In this document: piece by piece, positions 53,689 to 64,000 of the stretch
Numbering within the stretch: the stretch's first letter is position 1
How the letters are laid out: each line of letters begins with the position of its first letter
DNA from: Amoebidium appalachense
Taxonomy: Eukaryota; Protista; Ichthyosporea
DNA: 64,000 nucleotides
NCBI GenBank assembly: GCA_963693365.1
Contig: CAVNZM010000006.1
Coordinates: 7,481,264-7,545,263, forward strand
Direction of reading: 5' to 3'
Program-made: the position numbers and the translations under genes
The notes under the pieces: model-generated
What the model was told of the DNA's origin: nothing
Databases searched by the model: none
Seen by the model: the letters and a program-made list of their open reading frames with translations, nothing else

Positions 53689-54835
53689 TATGGGGTTTTT
53701 CTGTGGAGGGAACAGGGTGTGTTTGTGTGTGGAATGAGCATTAAATTCTAGACATTCCAACATTGGATATTCAGGTGTGTGTGTGAAAGTGGGTTTAATT
53801 GAAGTGGTATGCAATTTGGGGGGATAAAATTTTGTGAATAGTTTCATGGATATACATACTTTCAGAAAATTGCTGAGTTTTTGTCATAGGTAGAAGAATA
53901 GATATTCTCTCTTTTTGGGACCGGTGTTTTTTTTTGTTTTTTTTTTCTTTTTTTTTTGTCTCCCCTCCCTGGTGTATCGTCTCTGGTTGCAAGTTTCCTT
54001 CTAGTTTTTCTAGATCTTTCTAAAGGAGAGGATATACTAGGCCATAGATAAACTTGGGATAACCTTTAGAGTCCTTAGTGGGACTCCGTGCATCCAGTTC
54101 TCTTTTTCTCTCTACTTCTCTCTCCCTCTCTCTCTTCTTTTTTTTTTTTGTCCCACGAGGTAAACCCGGTGTGAGATATGATACTCAGTGTGAGAAAATG
54201 CATTATTTATGGACTACATGTATAGGTGCTTGTTATGGCTGGTGCCATAATTTTTCTGTCTTCTATATATGGGCGATAGAGGCGCGTAACCAACTGTAAC
54301 AGTCTATCTTTTCCACGGTATATCTAGGTAGAGCACTTGGTTGCTCATGGCCCTCCACTATTCGCTGGTGTCGCGTACGCGTGTACAGGTGCAAAAACCA
54401 GCTATCTAAAATAATATAAATGCAGACCCTCGAGCCCATGGCCCAGGCCCTTTTCGATCCCTTGGGCATTGCAACCATCACGACCACCACAGTAACATAC
54501 ACTTGGGCAAACATGTACCTATATACATGCGTGCACGCACATGTGCGCATACGAACGCTGCATATGCACAGACACGCACTAGTCCATAGTTATACATGGA
54601 CAATAAATATGAGTGCAGACACAGGTGCTCCTTATCATACAGACATCACATGCATGTACATGTGGGCACGTTCAAATTGAGAATCGGCCGGCTGGCCAAG
54701 GGAAGGAACAACCTTAGGCATGTTACATATATGCATACATATAATATATCGATATGAATGGTTACATACATACAATGGCCTTATAAGAGATCTGGGAATA
54801 ACCTCTTGGAAAGATCTTTTCTCTTTCCCCCCCCC

Positions 54836-54885
<50 letters not shown>

Positions 54886-54963
54886 CCTAGCGTTTGTGCT
54901 GGTAGTCTCCGCGCTGGCCGGTTTGCACAGACCACAACCATTCTTAGGATCTTTGTAGTTAAA

Positions 54964-55146
54964 TTCATTATCAATCAAAACGCTTCTTGGTCATGTGACC
55001 ATTTGTATGAACCTATCGGGACGCAGATCGACGTAATTTATAATTTTTAAAATGGGCGGTCGTTCATTATCAATCAAAACGCTTCTTGATCACTGTGGGG
55101 ACGCAGGTTGACGTGATATATAATTTTTAAAATAGGCGGTCGTTCA
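54964..55146. repeat. Tandem duplication (~80-100 bp) upstream of the 55598 gene
   Basis: ttcattatcaatcaaaacgcttcttg...gggacgcag.t.gacgt...tataatttttaaaat.ggcggtcg occurs twice. Confidence 0.85.
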
Positions 55147-55597
55147 AATGATGTGACCGTTACACTGGTTCTGGCCGTCATGATCACACACAGGAACAAG
55201 ACATGGCTTTCAACGTTATAACGAAGAGGTTTTCCCCATTTAATTGCTATGCCCAATATAGAACGTGTAGTACACTATTATTAGAGAACTTTTAATTACC
55301 GTGCCATTGTAGTAACCCGGCTTGTGTAGCTTTGAATAGCTTTGAATGGGGTTCTTGGATCCGCTGGCTTAGACCAAAACAAACACCTGATATAGGTTTT
55401 AGTGCCCGAGTAAGCATGCACCGGTTTGGATCAGGAACGCCACAAGGAACGTAGGCACAGCTTGTTAGACTTCGTCGCTGGAGTGAGTGATTCTTTTAGT
55501 TATGTGGCCATATGGTTTCATAGCTACGTCTCCATCAAGCGGGGAAAAAGAAAACACAAAAACATGGTAGCGGATACCTGGATGAAGCATAGACAAC

Positions 55598-63784
<8,187 letters not shown>

Positions 63785-64000
63785 GTATGTGCCCCCGGGT
63801 GTGTGTCCTTTAATGGAAAGAAAGGTACTTTAGATGCCGGTTCTTTAATGGGAAGAATAGGAAAGAAGAAGCGCCTGCCCCCCCCCCCCCCCCCCCCCTC
63901 TCTGGCATGTGTTTATTTATGAAGGGAAAGATGATGTGTGTTCTAAACCGAAAACGTGTTTTTTTTTGGGGGGGGGGGTTTTGGGTGAAGGAGTTTCTGA

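Overview
Eukaryotic, intron-rich genomic DNA saturated with poly-C/poly-G, (CA)n/(TG)n and (GA)n tracts. Almost all ORFs in the supplied track are microsatellite artefacts, so the genes were reconstructed by hand from exon phase and splice sites. Five spliced genes emerge: (1) the 3' part of a GPR158-like class C GPCR (+, <876-4742); (2) a secreted hevein/CBM18 + PAN/apple + TSP1 + Spherulin-4 (GH135) protein (+, ~14201-24552, 5' exon uncertain); (3) a complete 5-exon, 192-aa Orai channel homologue not recovered as an ORF in the track (-, 31492-26710), whose pore is charge-inverted relative to CRAC channels (E106Q, E190A, V102T, R91E, K87D, R83V equivalents); (4) a 23-exon SENP6/7-type SUMO protease (+, 32831-53561); (5) a gene with a putative winged-helix N-terminus that shares a duplicated three-exon module with the SENP gene (+, 55598->63784). 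Also present are two tail-to-tail LINE relics (one apparently fused to a tRNA-derived Pol III RNA), three MITE-like elements, several minisatellites and a sense-oriented intronic repeat family. The splicing architecture is unusual: weak or GC donors followed by C-runs, distant branch points, (CA)n instead of polypyrimidine tracts, and repeated local duplications of splice junctions. Gene content suggests a unicellular holozoan such as an ichthyosporean (inference only). Homopolymer lengths may contain sequencing errors.
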